A program made the position numbers and the translations under genes. This document shows, in pieces, positions 60,534 through 64,000 of a stretch of 64,000 nt of DNA; position 1 is the first letter of the stretch, and each line of letters opens with the position of its first letter. Origin of the DNA: Phallusia mammillata (Eukaryota). Where the stretch lies: NCBI GenBank assembly GCA_965637545.1, contig OZ281499.1, positions 14,322,001 to 14,386,000 on the forward strand, in the 5' to 3' direction. The notes below the pieces were generated by a model. It saw only the letters and a program-made list of their open reading frames with translations. It did not search any database and was not told the DNA's origin.

Positions 60534-62042
60534 TTAAAAAAAGGTGGCGTTAAAATCTGACGGTATGCGAGCTTTGCATGAGCAGAGAATTCGTTCATCG
60601 CGCGCTAAATTGTAACAATTTCCGCAAGTGCATTGTATTAGTAGTCTTTTACACTTTTTATTAGTACACTGCGATGGGCTTTTATAGTTCTGTTCTGTGG
60701 CGTAAGTGCCACATTTGCACTTAATGTGCATTGTGCCGCACAAACAACGCATGTTTCTACCTTCGTATGCTGTAAGGCAGCAATTTGTCCGGTTCTTCGG
60801 CGGTGTCGCTGCTGGTCGTTTCCTCCTCCGGACGATCTTGTATCCTTCCTCCTGTGGGGTGATGATCTCCTCTGGAAGCGATGTGTCCGGAAGGGGGACG
60901 ACCCCTTCCTCATTTTCTTGGGTAATCCTGGGTGTTGAGGTCGTGGGCGCACTTGGCGCAGGCCCAGGAGAACCGGCTTGCTCAACCATATTTGGGAGCT
61001 TCGACCGCGGACTCCTGGGGTTGGTAGTTGGACCACCGACTCGCTCGACCTTTTCAGGGAGCACCTGTCGCGAGGTCAATGGAGGGGCCGACGTTGTTGT
61101 CTCCTCCTCGTTGTTCTTCTTCTGACCACCGACTCGCTCGACCTGATCAGGGAGCACCTGTCGCGAGGTCTGGGGAGGGGATGTTGTTGCGATCTCCTCC
61201 GTATCCTTCTTCTGACCACCGACTCGCTCGACCTGATCAGGGAGCACCTGTCGCGAGGTCTGGGGAGGGGATGTTGTTGCGATCTCCTCCGTATCCTTCT
61301 TCTGACCACCGACTCGCTCAACCTGACCAGGGAGCACCTGTCGCGAGGTCTGGGGAGGGGATGTTGTTCCGATCTCCTCCGGTGCTTCAGCTGGAACATC
61401 AGGCTGTTCTTGGGTTTGCTGGGCCTGACGCTCCAGCAGCGACGGGCATTCCTCCTTCTTATGGCCTACGATCTGACAATAGGCACAAGCCCGTGGTTGG
61501 CCAGTGTAGAACATTAACACTGACCACTTTCCTAGAAAGATGCTTTCTGGGATGGGGCTTTCCGCGAGAACGGATCTCTTCATAAAGAAAGCCCGTTTCC
61601 CCAGAGACTTGCTCATCGGGTCTTTAACTCTGTAAGAACGCTCGACTGGAGCGTACGTTCTGTCCAGATAATCCACGATTTCTCGCATATCAATCCCTGG
61701 GGGACAGCGAGACATGACAACCTTCACTAGATTGTCAGCGTAGGCTGTGGCGTAATCCGCCCTTTGGCTGTTGGTCAGGGCGACCGCTAGATCTTTGGCC
61801 TTCGCCTCCGTGCTACAATAAAAAGTAACTCGGCCCTTCGGCAGTTGAATGATGCCGTCCAAGTCGGCTCGAAAATTGAACCTGATAGCCCGTAAAACTT
61901 CGTAAATCTCCTGTCTTTTCAGGCCAGGGTTAAAGCGGGCTTCCACCTCGACATTTCGGTCGAAAGCGAAAGGCTCTTGACCTTCATTTGCAGTGGTGGC
62001 TGTGGGAGCCAAACTCTTCTTTGTGGCGGCAGCGTAGGACAT
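60534..62042 (-). CDS. ORF1 of copy 2 (502 aa from ATG)
   Basis: Same architecture as copy 1; 31 aa shorter (one 30-aa repeat plus one residue). Confidence 0.9.
   Translation of the reverse strand: MSYAAATKKSLAPTATTANEGQEPFAFDRNVEVEARFNPGLKRQEIYEVLRAIRFNFRADLDGIIQLPKGRVTFYCSTEAKAKDLAVALTNSQRADYATAYADNLVKVVMSRCPPGIDMREIVDYLDRTYAPVERSYRVKDPMSKSLGKRAFFMKRSVLAESPIPESIFLGKWSVLMFYTGQPRACAYCQIVGHKKEECPSLLERQAQQTQEQPDVPAEAPEEIGTTSPPQTSRQVLPGQVERVGGQKKDTEEIATTSPPQTSRQVLPDQVERVGGQKKDTEEIATTSPPQTSRQVLPDQVERVGGQKKNNEEETTTSAPPLTSRQVLPEKVERVGGPTTNPRSPRSKLPNMVEQAGSPGPAPSAPTTSTPRITQENEEGVVPLPDTSLPEEIITPQEEGYKIVRRRKRPAATPPKNRTNCCLTAYEGRNMRCLCGTMHIKCKCGTYATEQNYKSPSQCTNKKCKRLLIQCTCGNCYNLARDERILCSCKARIPSDFNATFF
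61029..61379 (-). repeat. 90-bp coding tandem repeat in ORF1 copy 2, 3 units plus 1 degenerate
   Basis: Same repeat as copy 1, one unit fewer. Confidence 0.95.
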
Positions 62043-62283
62043 ACTGGGCTGCTGTAAAAGCCACAACAAGAACTAGCCTCAAACAAAGAAAAGGCTGCAC
62101 CAACCGGTGTCAAGTTGCACGAACCCGTGTGAAAGCGGGAAACAGCAACAAGCGGCTTCTCTAAACAAAGAAAACCTTCCTCGAACCGCTTGCAAGCGGA
62201 CAAGAACAATGAAATTTCTGGGAAAACTTGTAAACAAGTTACCCACATGAAAATAACAAAAGCTGCCTCAAATCCAAAACTGA

Positions 62284-62865
<582 letters not shown>

Positions 62866-63443
62866 ATCGTCGCCCCTGTCTCGTACGTGGTGCAAACCGA
62901 AAAACGGCTCTTTTCAGAGCCACCCGAATTTTTCGCAAAAGAGATTTCAAGATGGCCGCCCCCCCCCGCTGCGGCCCGGGACCGTGCATTGCTCGCCCCG
63001 AACGAATGTCTTCCTTGTAGCCTTTGCCCAATTTTTGCGATGGCAAACTATTTCGACCAATTGAAACCGCATTCCAATTTCACAACACAGCCCTACATGA
63101 CGTCACTGTGCACCCTGTTGCCTTTGTCGTCGAGTTCGACCAGGGCTCCGGCTCCGGGCGAAACGAGCCTTTAATGTGCGTCATTCATGCTCCAGCGAGC
63201 AACTGTCCTCGCGCAATTGAATTTCACCCAACGAAACGAAATGCCATTTCGAAACACGGCAAAAGAGACTAGCCGGCGGCGGCCATGTTCCTGTTTTTGC
63301 CGCGCACATCGCAGGCAAGCGTACTTACTTACGCCGTAAAAAAATGGCACGACGCGCCGGCCCCCGAAACAAGTCAAGTATCTCTTTCGCAAGGGTTTAG
63401 GTGGCTCTGAAAAGAGCCGTTTTGGTTGTTGGTGTGCCGCTTC

Positions 63444-63980
<537 letters not shown>

Positions 63981-64000
63981 TCAGCGCTTTGATCTCGCCG

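Overview
Eukaryotic (metazoan) replication-dependent histone gene array. A 4,993-bp unit, H2B(-) H2A(+) H3(-) H4(-) H1(-) plus spacer, is repeated about 11 times. Unit offsets are 0, 4993, 9986, 14979, 19972, 24965/31578, 36571, 41564, 46557, 51550 and about 61014, and the copies are near-identical. Two full-length, ORF-intact L1/Tx1-like non-LTR retrotransposons (about 6.6 kb, - strand; ORF1 gag-like CCHC, ORF2 APE-RT-CCHC, poly(A) tail) interrupt the array. Each poly(A) end lies 12-18 nt downstream of a histone start codon: H4 at about 28440 and H1 at about 55905. The element looks adapted to the histone locus. It has a shared target motif, a 5' end matching the predicted H4 cap site and leader, a decayed H4 N-terminus that lacks the ATG, and a histone 3' stem-loop look-alike in its 5' UTR. 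The organism and the prior description of this family cannot be determined from the sequence alone. All alignments were done by eye.
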